A program made the translations under genes and the position numbers. Source: Halorussus marinus (GTDB lineage: Archaea; Halobacteriota; Halobacteria; Halobacteriales; Haladaptataceae). From it: DNA of 64,000 nucleotides. The notes below the pieces were generated by a model. That model was not told the DNA's origin. It was given only the letters and a program-made list of their open reading frames with translations, and did no database searches. The stretch lies in contig NZ_SBIV01000001.1 of assembly GCF_004765795.1 (NCBI RefSeq), positions 186,001-250,000 on the forward strand, written 5' to 3'. Of the stretch, positions 11,885 through 21,186 are shown piece by piece; the stretch's first letter is position 1; each line of letters starts with the position of its first letter.

Positions 11885-12793
11885 CTATTCGAACAGGTCG
11901 GGCAGGTCGTTGACCGAATCGACGACCGCCTCGGCGCCCGCCTCCTCGTACTTCCGGCGGCCCGCCTCGCCGGTGAGGCCGCCGGTCAGCACGCCCACGC
12001 CGTAGTAGTCCCGGTCGGGGTCGGCCTCGGCGGCGTTGCGCGCCGTCTTCACGTCGTCGAGGGTGTCGCCGACGAACACGACCGTCTCGACGCCGCCGGA
12101 CTCTCCCCGGTCGCTCGAAGCGCTCGCGGCGTCGGCCTCGAAGCGCTCGGCCAGCGTCACGAGGGCGTGCGGGTGGGGTTTGCCCCGCTCCCAGTCGTCC
12201 ATGGTGAACCGTCGGTCGTCGGGCACGTCGAGGTTCGCCCGGCGCTGGGCGATGTCGGCCTCGTCGGCGGGTCGGCCCGTGACGATCCCGAGCGGGTAGT
12301 CGGCCAGCGCGTCGAGGGTCGCCCGTTCGAGGATCACCGGCTCGTCGTGGATGAATCCCGGCGCGTCGATGTCGGGCTCCTCGCCCTCGATGTCGGCGTA
12401 CAGCTCAGCGCCGAGGTAGAGCTGTTGGAACACCGCCCGGAGCGCGTCGGTGTCCCAGTCGGCGCGAGCGCGCTCGCGGGCCGCCGACGGGAGGGCGTCG
12501 TCGACGACCGCCTCGGCGGCCGCGAGTCCGCCGCCGCGCGCTTCGATCCGGTCGGTGTACGCCTCGACGTCCATCGCCAGCCCCTCCCGGCCCGCGAGGA
12601 CGTAGAGGGCCGCGGCGTAGGTGAGTTCCCAGTCGTTGTTGAACCCGCCCGCGTCCTTGAACGCCTGCACGTCGGCCTTCTCGACGGTGTCGCCGTGGAC
12701 GCGCTCGATCGACTCCACGATCGCTCGCCGGTAGGAGTCGGCCACGTCTACGACCACGCCGTCGATGTCCAGTACGACCGCGTCTACCTGCAT
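11885..12793 (-). CDS. HAD-superfamily hydrolase (TIGR01548-like)
   Basis: [25 protein letters not shown] and VGDTLDD motifs. Confidence 0.85.
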   Translation of the reverse strand: MQVDAVVLDIDGVVVDVADSYRRAIVESIERVHGDTVEKADVQAFKDAGGFNNDWELTYAAALYVLAGREGLAMDVEAYTDRIEARGGGLAAAEAVVDDALPSAARERARADWDTDALRAVFQQLYLGAELYADIEGEEPDIDAPGFIHDEPVILERATLDALADYPLGIVTGRPADEADIAQRRANLDVPDDRRFTMDDWERGKPHPHALVTLAERFEADAASASSDRGESGGVETVVFVGDTLDDVKTARNAAEADPDRDYYGVGVLTGGLTGEAGRRKYEEAGAEAVVDSVNDLPDLFE

Positions 12794-12853
12794 GCGTGGC
12801 GGTTGTGAGCCGTCGGTCAAGGTTCTTCCGACGCCGGACGGCGGTCGCGGCGC

Positions 12854-13642
12854 TCACTCGCCGGACTCGCGGGCGCCTTTCACCTGCGCGACGTGGCTAA
12901 ACGTGACCAGTCCGAGCCCGCCGACGAGGTTCCCCGCCGTGACGACCGCGGTCGTCGCCGCCAGCGCCCCGAGTCCCACCTCCGCGCCCAGAAAGACGCC
13001 GAACAGGACGTGGAGCACGGTCACGATGACGTGGTCGAAGGGGCCGAGGGTCAACAGCACCCCGACGACGTACGCGAGCGCCATCCGACTCCCGACGGTG
13101 TCGACCGCCGAGAGCAGAAACGAGAGCAGGGCGACGAGCATCCCGCCGGTGAGCGCCTTCACGAACTCGGCGGCGGCCGTCCGGTGGACGATCTCGGCGC
13201 CCGTCGTTCGCAGGACCGCCGGCGCGCCCGACGGGAGCGCGCCCTCGACCGAGAGGAGATAGACGAACGGCGCGCCGCCGACGAGGTTGAACACGAAGGT
13301 GAGCGTCCACAGTCGGACGAGCGGGCCGGCCTGCCACGAGTCGGCCCGGTCGGCCACGTACGCGGTCGGGTCGAAGAAGTTCTCGCTGAACAGCTCGGTC
13401 CGGCCGACGACCAGAAACACGACGCCGACGCCGAACGCCAGCGCCCCCGCGACCTTCGCGGCCTCGCCGATCGCGGGCTCGACCGCGGCCTCGACGATCC
13501 CGAGCGCGACCATCCCGAACACGACGGTGAACCCCGCGATGAAGCTCGTCGAGATCAGTTCGAGCGCCGACTGGTCGAGTCGGCGCTCGCCCTCTTCGAC
13601 CGCCCGGTCGAAAATCTCCGACGGGTCTGGTGGGACGGACAC
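12854..13642 (-). CDS. Formate/nitrite transporter family protein
   Basis: ELFSEN, NLVGG, FDHVIV and GNLVGG motifs; start approximate (GTG 13642). Confidence 0.8.
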   Translation of the reverse strand: MSVPPDPSEIFDRAVEEGERRLDQSALELISTSFIAGFTVVFGMVALGIVEAAVEPAIGEAAKVAGALAFGVGVVFLVVGRTELFSENFFDPTAYVADRADSWQAGPLVRLWTLTFVFNLVGGAPFVYLLSVEGALPSGAPAVLRTTGAEIVHRTAAAEFVKALTGGMLVALLSFLLSAVDTVGSRMALAYVVGVLLTLGPFDHVIVTVLHVLFGVFLGAEVGLGALAATTAVVTAGNLVGGLGLVTFSHVAQVKGARESGE

Positions 13643-13708
13643 GACAGTACGGGCGTCGGACGGGCTGAAAAGCGTTGTAGCCGGGAGCGCCGCCACCGGC
13701 GTCGGCGA

Positions 13709-14809
13709 CTACCCGAAGTAGTCGGCCAGCCGGTCGGCGGCCTCCTCGACGCGCGGGCTCACCAGCGCGAACCGGAGCCAGTCGGCCCGCGACTCGCCGA
13801 ACGCCTCGCCGGGCATCCCGGCGACGCCGGCGCCGTCGATGAGCGCCTCGACGTTCTCGATCGTGCCGGGGAACTCGGGGAACCGCGCCATCACGTAGAA
13901 CGCGCCGTCGGGACTGGAGTAGTCGGCGCCGGCCGCGTCGAGCGCGTCGGTGAACGTCTCGACGCGCTCTTCGAGGAGCTTGCGGTTGGCCTCGTAGTAG
14001 GCCGGGTCGGTGTTCCGGAGCGCCGCCAGGACCGCGTACTGGCCCGGCCGTGTCGTGGCGACGTTGGTCAGCATGTGACGGGTCTTGGCAACGTCGACGA
14101 GCGACTCGGGGAAGACGGCGTATCCGACCCGAAAGCCCGTGATGGCGAACGTCTTCGAGTAGGAGTTGGTGACCACGCGGTGGTCCGAATCGAACGCCAG
14201 CGCCGAGGTGAACTCCCCGGAGAAGTCGAAGTGGTCGTACACCTCGTCGCTGATCAGCAACGCGTCGTTGGCCTCGGCGATCGCCACCAGTTCGGCCATC
14301 GTGTCCTCGTCGTACACCGCGCCGGTCGGGTTGTTCGGCGTGTTGACGACGATGGCGGCCGTCTCCTCGCTGGCGGCCTCGCGCACGGCCGCGGGGTTGA
14401 GGGTGCCGTCCTCGGCGACCGGAACGTACCGGGCGCTCGCGCCCAGCATCGTCGTCTTGCCGGGGTAGTAGGGGTAGACGGGGTCGGTGAGCAGGAACTC
14501 CGAGCCCCGCTCGCGCTCCAGGGCGCGGGCCATCGCGAGGTAGTTGGCCTCGCCGCCGCCGTTGGTCACGACGATCTGGGACTGGTCGACGTTCCGGCGC
14601 TGGGCGATCTCCTCTCGAAGCTCGAACAGCCCCTCGCTCGGCGGGTACTGGAAGTCGGCGCCTCCGAGGTCGGCGTACTCGCGGAGGCCCTCGCTTATCG
14701 CGTCGGGCGACCCCCAGTCGGGGTTGCCGCTCACCATGTCCACGACGTCGCGATCGGCCTCGGCCGCGTACTGCATCACGCGGAAGAACAGCGGCGTGTC
14801 GTACTCCAT
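13709..14809 (-). CDS. PLP-dependent aminotransferase class I/II
   Basis: NTPNNPTG, SDEVY and SYSKTFAITGFRVGY motifs; ATG at 14809. Confidence 0.9.
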   Translation of the reverse strand: MEYDTPLFFRVMQYAAEADRDVVDMVSGNPDWGSPDAISEGLREYADLGGADFQYPPSEGLFELREEIAQRRNVDQSQIVVTNGGGEANYLAMARALERERGSEFLLTDPVYPYYPGKTTMLGASARYVPVAEDGTLNPAAVREAASEETAAIVVNTPNNPTGAVYDEDTMAELVAIAEANDALLISDEVYDHFDFSGEFTSALAFDSDHRVVTNSYSKTFAITGFRVGYAVFPESLVDVAKTRHMLTNVATTRPGQYAVLAALRNTDPAYYEANRKLLEERVETFTDALDAAGADYSSPDGAFYVMARFPEFPGTIENVEALIDGAGVAGMPGEAFGESRADWLRFALVSPRVEEAADRLADYFG

Positions 14810-14902
14810 ACAGGCTCCTCGGACGCCGAGCAAGTCTTTCTTTCGCTCGGTCCGGCTTGCCACTTCCGTAAGCGACTCCCCGCCGCCGTCCGATCTCCCG
14901 GT

Positions 14903-15259
14903 ATGGCAACTGCCGACCCGCAAGTCGTTCGGGACTACTACGACCACGTAGACGAGGAAGACTACGAGGCGGTGTTCGCGCTGTTCGCCGACGACGTGAC
15001 CTACGAGCGGCCCGGTCAGGCGTCGCTCGACGGGATCGAGGCGTTCCGGGAGTTCTACCTCGAAGACCGGCCCCTCGACGACGGGAGCCACGAGGTCCAC
15101 GACCTCGCGGTCGACGGCGACACGGTCGCCGTCCGGGGCAGTTTCACCGGCGAACAGGACGGCGAGGCGGTGTCGTTCGGGTTCGCGGACTTCCACCGGT
15201 TCGACGGGGAGGGCCGGATCGCCGAGCGGTGGACCTACACCGACCGTGACGCGGTTTGA
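14903..15259 (+). CDS. NTF2/SnoaL-like protein
   Basis: VRDYYDHVD...LFADDVTYERPG, VAVRGSF and FADFHRF. Confidence 0.85.
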   Translation: MATADPQVVRDYYDHVDEEDYEAVFALFADDVTYERPGQASLDGIEAFREFYLEDRPLDDGSHEVHDLAVDGDTVAVRGSFTGEQDGEAVSFGFADFHRFDGEGRIAERWTYTDRDAV

Positions 15260-15263
15260 ACCG

Positions 15264-15386
15264 CGACGTTTTTGACGGGGTTCGAGCGCGCGAAGCGAGC
15301 GAGGACCCCGCCAAAACGTCGACGAAAAAGCCGACGGCGAGGCCGCAGGCCGAGCCGTCGGGGAACCGCCTCGCTACGCTCGGCGG
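15264..15386 (+). repeat. Hairpin-rich intergenic repeat, copy 1
   Basis: TTTTGACGGGGT...ACCCCGCCAAAA stem, then CGTCGACGAAAAA core; ends CGCTCGG. Confidence 0.55.
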
Positions 15387-15468
15387 AGACGGCCGGCCCG
15401 ATCCAGCCGCCGGCGCCGGCGACTGCCCCTTCGCGGGGACTTACGTACCCGGCCCTCTCAGCACGACT

Positions 15469-16428
15469 ATGGTCGGCAAACTCGACCCCGACGACCTGGC
15501 GGCCTTCGTCCTCTCGCGGACGGGCGCGCCCGACGACGACGTGGAGATGGGCCCGGCGTACGGCGAGGACGCCGCCGCGATCCGGTTCGGCGACCGACTG
15601 CTGGTCGCCAGCTCCGACCCCCTCTCGCTGGCCCGCGAGCGCCTCGGAACGCTGGCGGTCAACGTCGCGTGCAACGACGTGGCCGCCTGCGGCGCGGACC
15701 CCCGGTGGCTCACGAACGTCGTCTTCCTCCCCGACGACGACCCCGAGACTCTCGACGTGCTCACCGACCAGATCGACGCCGAAGCCCGGGAGCTCGGCGT
15801 CTCGATCGTCGGCGGCCACTCGGAGTACGTCCCCGCGCTCGACCGGCCGATGGTGTCGATGACCGCGCTCGGGGCCGCCGACGCGTACGTCCCGACCGGC
15901 GGCGTCGACCCGGGCGATCGCGTCCTGCTGACCAAGGGCGCGGGGATCGAGGGGACCGCGATCCTCGCGACCGACTTCCGCGAGGCGACCGGCGCCGACG
16001 CGGCGACGCTCCGGCGGGCCGAGGGCTTCTTCGAGGAGATCAGCGTCGTCCCCGAGGCCGCCGCCCTCCGGGGGACCGCCACCGCGATGCACGACCCGAC
16101 CGAAGGCGGCCTGCTCGCCGGGGCCGTCGAGATGGCGACCGCCTCGGGCGTCCGGATCGACGTCGACCGCGACGCGGTGCCGGTCCGCGAGGAGACCGCC
16201 GCGCTCTGCGCGACGATGGACGTCGATCCCCTCCGGATTTTCGGCTCCGGGGCGCTGTTGGCCGCGGTCCCCGAGGAAGCGGTTGACGACGCGCTCGCGG
16301 CGCTCGACGACGCGGGCGTCGCGGCCAGCGAGATCGGCGTCGCGCGCGAAACTGACGCTCCGGGCGTCGACCTCGACGGCGAACGCGTCGGGAGCGTCCG
16401 CGACGACCTCTACGACCTCTGGGAGTAG
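15469..16428 (+). CDS. AIR synthase family protein (HypE/ThiL-like)
   Basis: GEDAA, SSDP, NDVAACGA, GGHSE and MHDPTEGGL motifs. Confidence 0.85.
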   Translation: MVGKLDPDDLAAFVLSRTGAPDDDVEMGPAYGEDAAAIRFGDRLLVASSDPLSLARERLGTLAVNVACNDVAACGADPRWLTNVVFLPDDDPETLDVLTDQIDAEARELGVSIVGGHSEYVPALDRPMVSMTALGAADAYVPTGGVDPGDRVLLTKGAGIEGTAILATDFREATGADAATLRRAEGFFEEISVVPEAAALRGTATAMHDPTEGGLLAGAVEMATASGVRIDVDRDAVPVREETAALCATMDVDPLRIFGSGALLAAVPEEAVDDALAALDDAGVAASEIGVARETDAPGVDLDGERVGSVRDDLYDLWE

Positions 16429-16442
16429 CCGAACGGCGAACG

Positions 16443-16469
16443 TTTACTCGTAATAGAATAAATCTTTTA
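16443..16469 (+). promoter_or_regulatory. gdh promoter with a TrmB-like site next to the TATA box
   Basis: TACT-N7-GAATA at 16445-16460, one mismatch to TACT-N7/8-GAGTA; TCTTTTA 25 nt before the ATG. Confidence 0.45.
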
Positions 16470-16493
16470 CCGGCCGGGTTCCAACTGCTATCC

Positions 16494-17564
16494 ATGCACG
16501 CTGTCGTCATCCGCCGCGGCGAAAGCGCCCCCGCGGTCGTCGAGAAGCCCCGTCCGAGCCCCTCGGCGGGCGAGGCGCTCGTCCGGACCCTGCGGGTGGG
16601 CGTCGACGGGACCGACCACGAGGTCATCGAGGGCCGCCACGGCGGGGTCCCCGAGGGCGAGGACCACCTCGTCCTCGGCCACGAGGCGGTCGGCGTCGTC
16701 GCCGAGCCGAACGACACCGACTTCGAGGAGGGCGATGTCGTCGTCCCGACGGTCCGACGGCCCCCGCCCGAGGGGTCGAACGAGTACTTCGAGCGCGGCG
16801 AGCCCGACATGGCCCCGCCCGAGGCCTGCGTCGAGCGCGGCATCGACGGCGCTCACGGCTTCATGGCCGAGTACTTCGCGAGCCCGGCCGAGTACCTCGT
16901 CCCGATGCCCGACTCGTACGCCGAGTGGGGCTTTCTGATCGAGCCCATCAGCATCTCCGAGAAGGCGATCGCACACGCCGCGGCCTCGCGGTCGGCGTTC
17001 GACTGGACCCCCGAGTCGGGACTGGTGCTCGGCAACGGGAGCCTCGGACTGCTCACCCTCGCCATGCTCGACCAGCGCGGGTACGACCGCATCTACTGTC
17101 TCGGCCGGCGCGACCGCCCCGACCCGACGATCGACGTCATCGAAGCGCTCGGCGGGACGTACGTCGACTCCCGGGAGACGCCGGTCTCGGAGATCTCGGC
17201 GGCCCACGAGCCGATGGACTTCGTCTACGAGGCGACGGGGTACGCGAAACACGCCTTCGAGTGCGTCCAAGCGCTCGCGTCCGGCGGGGTCGCGGCCCTG
17301 CTCGGGGTCCCCGAGCCGTGGCGCTTCGAGGTCGACGGCGGGCGCCTCCACAAGGAGCTTGTGATGCACAACAAGGCGGTCGTCGGGAGCGTCAACTCCA
17401 ACCGCGAGCAGTTCGCCGCCGCGGTCGAAACGCTCGCGGAGTTGCCCGAGTGGTTCCTCGAAGACCTCGTTACCGGCGTCTACGACCTCGACGAGTACGA
17501 GACCGCGTTCGAGGACCACGACGAAACGACAATAAAGACCGCCGTCCAATTCGATCAGATATGA
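16494..17564 (+). CDS. gdh: Glucose 1-dehydrogenase (Zn-dependent MDR, haloarchaeal type)
   Basis: VGVDGTDHE, LGHEAVG, GNGSLG, LGRRDRPDPT and GSVNS. Confidence 0.92.
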   Translation: MHAVVIRRGESAPAVVEKPRPSPSAGEALVRTLRVGVDGTDHEVIEGRHGGVPEGEDHLVLGHEAVGVVAEPNDTDFEEGDVVVPTVRRPPPEGSNEYFERGEPDMAPPEACVERGIDGAHGFMAEYFASPAEYLVPMPDSYAEWGFLIEPISISEKAIAHAAASRSAFDWTPESGLVLGNGSLGLLTLAMLDQRGYDRIYCLGRRDRPDPTIDVIEALGGTYVDSRETPVSEISAAHEPMDFVYEATGYAKHAFECVQALASGGVAALLGVPEPWRFEVDGGRLHKELVMHNKAVVGSVNSNREQFAAAVETLAELPEWFLEDLVTGVYDLDEYETAFEDHDETTIKTAVQFDQI

Positions 17565-18211
17565 AGAACATCGACGACCTCATCGAGAGCGCGGCGGAGC
17601 TGGCCCAGCAGGGGCTGTCGAAGGGCGAGATCGCCGACGAGCTCAACGTCTCGCGAGAGACCGCGAGCTGGCTGGTCGAGCGAAGCGGGGGCGCGGACGG
17701 CGCCCGATCGGTGTCCGAGCCCGGCCCCGCCGCGGGCGGCGGCCCGCACGACATCCACGTCGACTGGTCGGCGCTGGGTCGGGACAGCGCCCGGCTCCAC
17801 CACGCCGCGGCCGCGATGGCCGATCTGCTCGCCAAGCAGGGCGAGGAGATCGATCTCACCATCGGCGTCGAGAAGGCGGGCGCGCCGCTCGCCACGTCGG
17901 TCGCGCGCGAACTCGACACGGACCTCGGGACCTACGCGCCCCGCAAACACCAGTGGGAGGAGGGCGACATAGACGACCTCGGGGGCACCTTCTCCCGGAA
18001 CTTCGCCCAGATCCGCGATCGGGAGTGTTACGTGGTCGACGACACCATCACCAGCGGCACGACGATGACCGAGACCGTCGAGGCGATCCGCCAGGAGGGC
18101 GGCGAGCCGGTGGCGTGCTGTGTCCTCGTCGACAAGCAGGGCGTCGACGAGATCGAGGGCGTGCCGGTCCACTCGCTCATCAACGTCGTCCGGGTGGGCA
18201 ACGACGACTGA
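17561..18211 (+). CDS. gfcR: Transcription regulator GfcR (HTH plus phosphoribosyltransferase domain)
   Basis: GLSKGEIADELNVSRETASWLVER HTH and VVDDTITSGTT PRT motif; ATGA overlap with gdh. Confidence 0.85.
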   Translation: MKNIDDLIESAAELAQQGLSKGEIADELNVSRETASWLVERSGGADGARSVSEPGPAAGGGPHDIHVDWSALGRDSARLHHAAAAMADLLAKQGEEIDLTIGVEKAGAPLATSVARELDTDLGTYAPRKHQWEEGDIDDLGGTFSRNFAQIRDRECYVVDDTITSGTTMTETVEAIRQEGGEPVACCVLVDKQGVDEIEGVPVHSLINVVRVGNDD

Positions 18212-18251
18212 CGTCGCAACTTCTTTCCACGCCGGGCACCTATCGGAGCGC

Positions 18252-18593
18252 ATGACGTTCCAACCCGAGAGCGACCTGACCGACGAAGAGGTCCGCGAGC
18301 GCGTCGACTCGGCGATCGCCGACAACGACGTGGTGCTGTTCATGAAGGGCAACGAGCTGATGCCCCAGTGTGGCTACTCCCAGAAGGCCCTGGAGCTCAT
18401 CTCGGCCCACCGCGACGACTACGAGACCGTCGACGTGCTCGAGGCGCTCGACGCCTATCGGGCGGCCCTCGAAGACCACAGTGGGTGGGAGACGATCCCC
18501 CAGACGTTCGTCGACGGGGAGTTCGTCGGCGGGAGCGACGTGCTGGCCGAACTCGACGAGCGCGGCGAACTCGCGGCGGAGCTGTCGGCGTAA
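18252..18593 (+). CDS. Monothiol glutaredoxin (Grx4-like)
   Basis: LFMKG...PQCGYS, WETIPQ and GGSD. Confidence 0.9.
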   Translation: MTFQPESDLTDEEVRERVDSAIADNDVVLFMKGNELMPQCGYSQKALELISAHRDDYETVDVLEALDAYRAALEDHSGWETIPQTFVDGEFVGGSDVLAELDERGELAAELSA

Positions 18594-18701
18594 GTGTTTT
18601 TACGTGATCCAGAAACGGGACCAAAAGAGTAGCTCATATATGTTCGGACCACCTACATACCCGCGTACCGCGTTGTCAGCCGGGAACCTTCAGTACTACA
18701 A

Positions 18702-19283
18702 ATGACGGGGCAAGTATATCGACTTCACTCGACGCTCGAACTGCCGCTAGAAACCGTATACGACTACTTCGAGGAGGACCCGGACCTCCCGCCCGAGATC
18801 GCGAGCGTCGACATCACGCGGCGCAAGAACACGCTGATCATCAGCGCCGTCGCGGACGACGAGACCATCAGCAAGTACACGCCGACCGCACAGCTCAAGG
18901 CCAGCATCTCCGAGACCCGCGTCTACACCGAGGAAGAACAGGAGCTTCGAAACGGGCCCCGATGGAACGACGACCTCGACGAAGACGAGGAAGATCAGGA
19001 ACCGCTCGGCGAACTCATCGAGGTCGCGGCGTTCAAGGGCGACCGCGAGACCGTCCTCCAGAACACCGCGGTCCAGTACCCGATGTTCCTCGTGCTCTGT
19101 GACCTCGCGCGCCAGGCCGAGAAGGGCACCCTCACCGCGATCACCGAGGTCGACGGCGAACTTCAGGCGACCCGGATCGTCGACGGCGAGGACCGTCCGG
19201 CCTCCATCGAGGTCGTCGAAGGCCCCAACGCGAACTCCTCGGGCGACAGCGGCGTCAACTGGCGGGACAACGAGTTCATCTAA
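18702..19283 (+). CDS. Acidic hypothetical protein, probably conserved in haloarchaea
   Basis: Typical host codon bias; VYRLHSTLELP and FKGDRETVLQN; C-terminal WRDN. Confidence 0.8.
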   Translation: MTGQVYRLHSTLELPLETVYDYFEEDPDLPPEIASVDITRRKNTLIISAVADDETISKYTPTAQLKASISETRVYTEEEQELRNGPRWNDDLDEDEEDQEPLGELIEVAAFKGDRETVLQNTAVQYPMFLVLCDLARQAEKGTLTAITEVDGELQATRIVDGEDRPASIEVVEGPNANSSGDSGVNWRDNEFI

Positions 19284-19285
19284 GA

Positions 19286-19373
19286 CGACCTTTTATTGGG
19301 GGCGGCGCATGAACGCGCCGCCCTTGCAAAAGCTCGATCAAAAACCGGCGCTTCTCTCGCCGTTCGCTCGCGG
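19286..19373 (+). repeat. Hairpin-rich intergenic repeat, copy 2
   Basis: CTTTT..GGGCGGCGC/GCGCCGCCC..GCAAAAG stem, GCTCGATCAAAAAC core, ends CGCTCGCGG. Confidence 0.7.
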
Positions 19374-19400
19374 TAGAGCGGCTTCCGACAACTGCACCGC

Positions 19401-19520
19401 TCAGTACTACGACCGCATTTGCAGTATCGCGACCGCACCATCAGCGCCGCGACTGCACCAACAGCGCCGCGACCGCACCATCAGCGCCGCGACCACACCA
19501 TCAGCGCCGCGACCGCACGC
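19401..19520. repeat. Tandem repeat, six units of 20 nt (consensus TCAGCGCCGCGACCGCACCA)
   Basis: Period of 20 nt read directly; four near-perfect and two degenerate units. Confidence 0.9.
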
Positions 19521-19665
19521 GACTACCGCCGCGTTCTCGGGTGCGAACGGCGCCGAAAGCGTGTTCCGACATCCCAACAGAGAGACCCTGAGATGCGAGT
19601 ACACGGGGCCTGACGGGGTGGAGGCTCGGCCTGTCGTCGCGGAGAGCCGAAAAGCACTTTAGGCG

Positions 19666-19685
19666 CGTAATTAGATGTAATTACG
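19666..19685. promoter_or_regulatory. Perfect inverted repeat CGTAATTA-GATG-TAATTACG between TATA box and start of the CysD-like gene
   Basis: 8-bp arms with 4-nt spacer; AAAAGCACTTTA just upstream; ATG at 19690. Confidence 0.6.
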
Positions 19686-19689
19686 AACG

Positions 19690-20661
19690 ATGCCCGAAGA
19701 CTTCCCCGACTACGTCGACGTAGACTACACCGACGGCGAAGGCGAGAACCCCGAGGACTACGCCTCGATGGAGCACAAGATCGAGAAGGCGATCGAAGTC
19801 ACCCGCCAGGGGCTCGAACAGTACGAGAACCCCGCGGTGATGTGGACCGGCGGGAAAGACTCGACGCTGACGCTGTACTTCATCAAGGAAGTCGCCGAGA
19901 AGTACGGCTACGACACCCCGACCGCGGTGTTCATCGACCACTACCAGCACTTCGACGAGATCCACGACTTCGTCGAGAAGTGGGGCGACCGGTGGGACCT
20001 CGACGTCGTCTACGCCCGCAACGAGGACGTCGGCGAGTACGTCGAGGCCAACGACCTGACGCCGGGCGACGACATCCCGATCGACGCGCTCAACGAGCAC
20101 AACCAACACCACGTCCGGGAGATCCTCGAGTACGAGGAAGACACCTTCCCGTTCCTGCTCGACACCTACGTGGGCAACCACCTGCTGAAGACCGTCGCGC
20201 TCAACGATGCCATCGAGGCCGAGGACATCGACGGCATCATCTCGGGCGTCCGGTGGGACGAACAGGAGGCCCGCGCCGACGAGACGTTCTTCAGCCCGCG
20301 CCACGACCCCGACATCTACCCGCCCCACGACCGCGTCCAGCCGATCCTCCAGTTCGACGAGCGGGCGGTCTGGGACACCTTCTGGCACTACGTCGTGCCG
20401 GACACCGTCGAGGAGTTCCCCGACGAAGGCTACGTCCCGCAGACCGACGACGACCTCCCCAACGGACTCACTCAGGACGACATCCCGGTCAGTCCGAAGT
20501 ACTTCGCCGGCTTCCGGTCGCTGGGGAGCGAAGTCAGCACCGAGAAATCCGACGAGGAGCCCGCGTGGCTTCAGGACCTCGAAGACACGACCGAGCGGGC
20601 GGGCCGCGCCCAGGACAAAGAAGACCTGATGGAGCGCCTGCGCGATCTGGGCTACATGTAG
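19690..20661 (+). CDS. PAPS reductase family protein, CysD-like (sulfate adenylyltransferase subunit 2)
   Basis: PP-loop WTGGKDS, LKT, GVRWDEQEAR..FFSPR and ERAGRAQDK..MERLRDLGYM; no Cys residues. Confidence 0.75.
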   Translation: MPEDFPDYVDVDYTDGEGENPEDYASMEHKIEKAIEVTRQGLEQYENPAVMWTGGKDSTLTLYFIKEVAEKYGYDTPTAVFIDHYQHFDEIHDFVEKWGDRWDLDVVYARNEDVGEYVEANDLTPGDDIPIDALNEHNQHHVREILEYEEDTFPFLLDTYVGNHLLKTVALNDAIEAEDIDGIISGVRWDEQEARADETFFSPRHDPDIYPPHDRVQPILQFDERAVWDTFWHYVVPDTVEEFPDEGYVPQTDDDLPNGLTQDDIPVSPKYFAGFRSLGSEVSTEKSDEEPAWLQDLEDTTERAGRAQDKEDLMERLRDLGYM

Positions 20662-20807
20662 AACCTTTTGCAGTGGTCGGCGCACAAACGCGCCTCCCTT
20701 GCAAAACGTTCATGAAAAACGCGTCGTCGCCCCCTCAATCACGCGCCAAGGCGCGTGATTTTGAGGGCTCCTCGGTCCGCTCGCTCGGGCTACGCCCTCG
20801 CTCGCGG
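20662..20807 (+). repeat. Hairpin-rich intergenic repeat, copy 3
   Basis: TTTTGCA..GGCGC/GCGCC..TGCAAAA stem, CGTTCATGAAAAAC core, internal AATCACGCGCC/GGCGCGTGATT hairpin, ends CGCTCGCGG. Confidence 0.7.
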
Positions 20808-20957
20808 CGGTTGTGAGACCGCGTCGAACGTCCAGAGCGGCTCCGATTTCTTCGTCCCGATACACGACGCCCTCCTTCTCGAAATTCGCTCCCGAGGGAC
20901 CGGCCGAATCCGGCCAGCGTCGGGCGCGGCCACAGAAGCTGAGCTCGGGTCCGCTCG

Positions 20958-21149
20958 TCAGTGGGTCGCCCGGTACTCGCCGTGCTTGACCCCGACGAAC
21001 AGCGCCACGAGGCCGAACGCCAGCATCGAGGGGGTCACCATCATCAACACGGTGCTCGTCGCCATGAATCCCATCCCGATGAGCGCCGCGGTCCCGACGG
21101 CGACGATCGCGAGCAGTACCCCGACGGTCGCGCCAAGCGTGAACTCCAT
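20958..21149 (-). CDS. Small two-TM membrane protein
   Basis: 63 aa, hydrophobic, C-terminal GVKHGEYRA. Confidence 0.75.
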   Translation of the reverse strand: MEFTLGATVGVLLAIVAVGTAALIGMGFMATSTVLMMVTPSMLAFGLVALFVGVKHGEYRATH

Positions 21150-21186
21150 ACCCGGACGTGGGGACGACACCGCCAAAAACGTTGCT

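Noticed and set aside
12893..14902. Long N-terminal extension of the SnoaL-like ORF (also the extensions of the aminotransferase, aldo/keto reductase, livG, dapD and dapE ORFs)
   Set aside because: These extensions overlap real genes and have shadow composition, so internal starts were chosen.
19401..19520. Possible CRISPR array
   Set aside because: The units are head-to-tail with no unique spacers, and no cas genes are present.
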